A stretch of 33,501 nucleotides of DNA from positions 1 to 33,501 of the forward strand of contig LVLI01000529.1 of the NCBI GenBank assembly GCA_001687465.1. Reading direction: 5' to 3'. Positions 32,706 to 33,501 of this stretch are shown piece after piece (within the stretch, counting starts at the first letter, position 1; every line of letters starts with the position of its first letter). Origin of the DNA: Halocafeteria seosinensis (taxonomy: Eukaryota). The translations under genes and the position numbers were made by a program. The notes under the pieces were generated by a model, which ran no database searches, was not told where the DNA came from, and saw nothing but the letters and a program-made list of their open reading frames with translations.

Positions 32706-33501
32706 TAGGGCGTGGGGCACAACTTTTTTTTCCCGTGCCATCCTGGCAGTGCCCCATGCCCCAACTTCACAAAGGTGTTTTGTGAAGTTCAGGGCCAACT
32801 CCGGCCTCCCATCAATTTGACTCCGTACCTTCGCACCGGGCCAACCCCACCCCCTGCTCCAGTTGTGCCAACCCAAAATTTGGCCTATGCTGTGCCAACC
32901 CTGGCATGCCACCGTGCCAGTGCCACTGACAGTGTGACACAGAGACCAACAAGTGGGTGGTGTGCGCTTTTTCGGGTACTTTAAGGCGCAAGTACACAAT
33001 ACAAACACCACACACTTAGCCATACAACGCCTATACGAGTAGCAGAACACTTTCCGACGGGTTCTAGGAGTTTGTGGGGGGAGTAAACAGCATCACATTG
33101 AAGCTCCGTAACCCCGCTGCTGGTCGAGTTGCCGCACTTCCAGTGGTCCACGAAGTTCACACGAACGTCCAACTTCGTGAGCTTCACAACACAATCCCCG
33201 AGCGTCCTCGGTGTTCTACAAGTGTTCCCGGAGTAGATACCCGTAAATAGTTGCAAAACGACTGAATTGAATTGGTGCAAGGAAAAGGAAGTCTTTAAGG
33301 ACCCCGTTTGAGCCGCGCAGCTTAGAAACTGAGAGGAAAATACACGAACACATTGTGGTGCTTGAAGCTTACTCACTGTGAGTTGTATCAAGACCGACTA
33401 CCTTCGTAAAGATGCCCCTGTTACAAGTGGCGACCAACTCGAAGACGGATAATGTGGAAACCGTCATCAAGGAATGCACGGACCTTGTCTCGAATGTGAC
33501 G
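32706..33501 (+). mobile_element. Probable left end of a decayed hAT-like DNA transposon
   Basis: Starts TAGGGCGTGGGGCAC with many GTGCC/GGCAC subterminal motifs to ~32930. A stop-broken frame near 33325-33501 reads HEHIVVLEAYSL*VVSRPT..VETVIKECTDLVSNV, resembling the hAT segment upstream of the first catalytic Asp. The other end and TSD are not visible. Confidence 0.35.

Overview
Eukaryotic (protist-like) nuclear DNA with short GT-AG introns (mostly 55-105 nt) and the standard genetic code. The window has three zones. (1) About 1-8300 is a decayed accessory zone. It holds a Tc1/IS630-like transposase relic, a possible SET-domain relic, and a Crinkler/RHS-type (CR) NTPase + PD-(D/E)xK nuclease pseudogene whose N-terminal region is a tandem triplication of a frame-preserving (phase 1-1) two-exon cassette with one sharply variable patch. 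It also holds a K+/H+ antiporter fragment with an internal inversion and a second, more eroded CR paralog on the minus strand. (2) About 8300-30640 is a compact core of intact spliced genes: condensin CAP-D2, YbeY, VKOR, a CBS-domain protein, PP2C, a myristoylated EF-hand protein, an HSD17B7-like SDR, a CEP164-like protein and a GT34-like protein with a degenerate DxD. (3) From about 31150 there is an intronless secreted GLUG-repeat protein, followed by what may be the left end of a decayed hAT-like transposon. Exon boundaries were called by eye and checked only for splice signals and frame; all family assignments come from motif recognition, not database searches.
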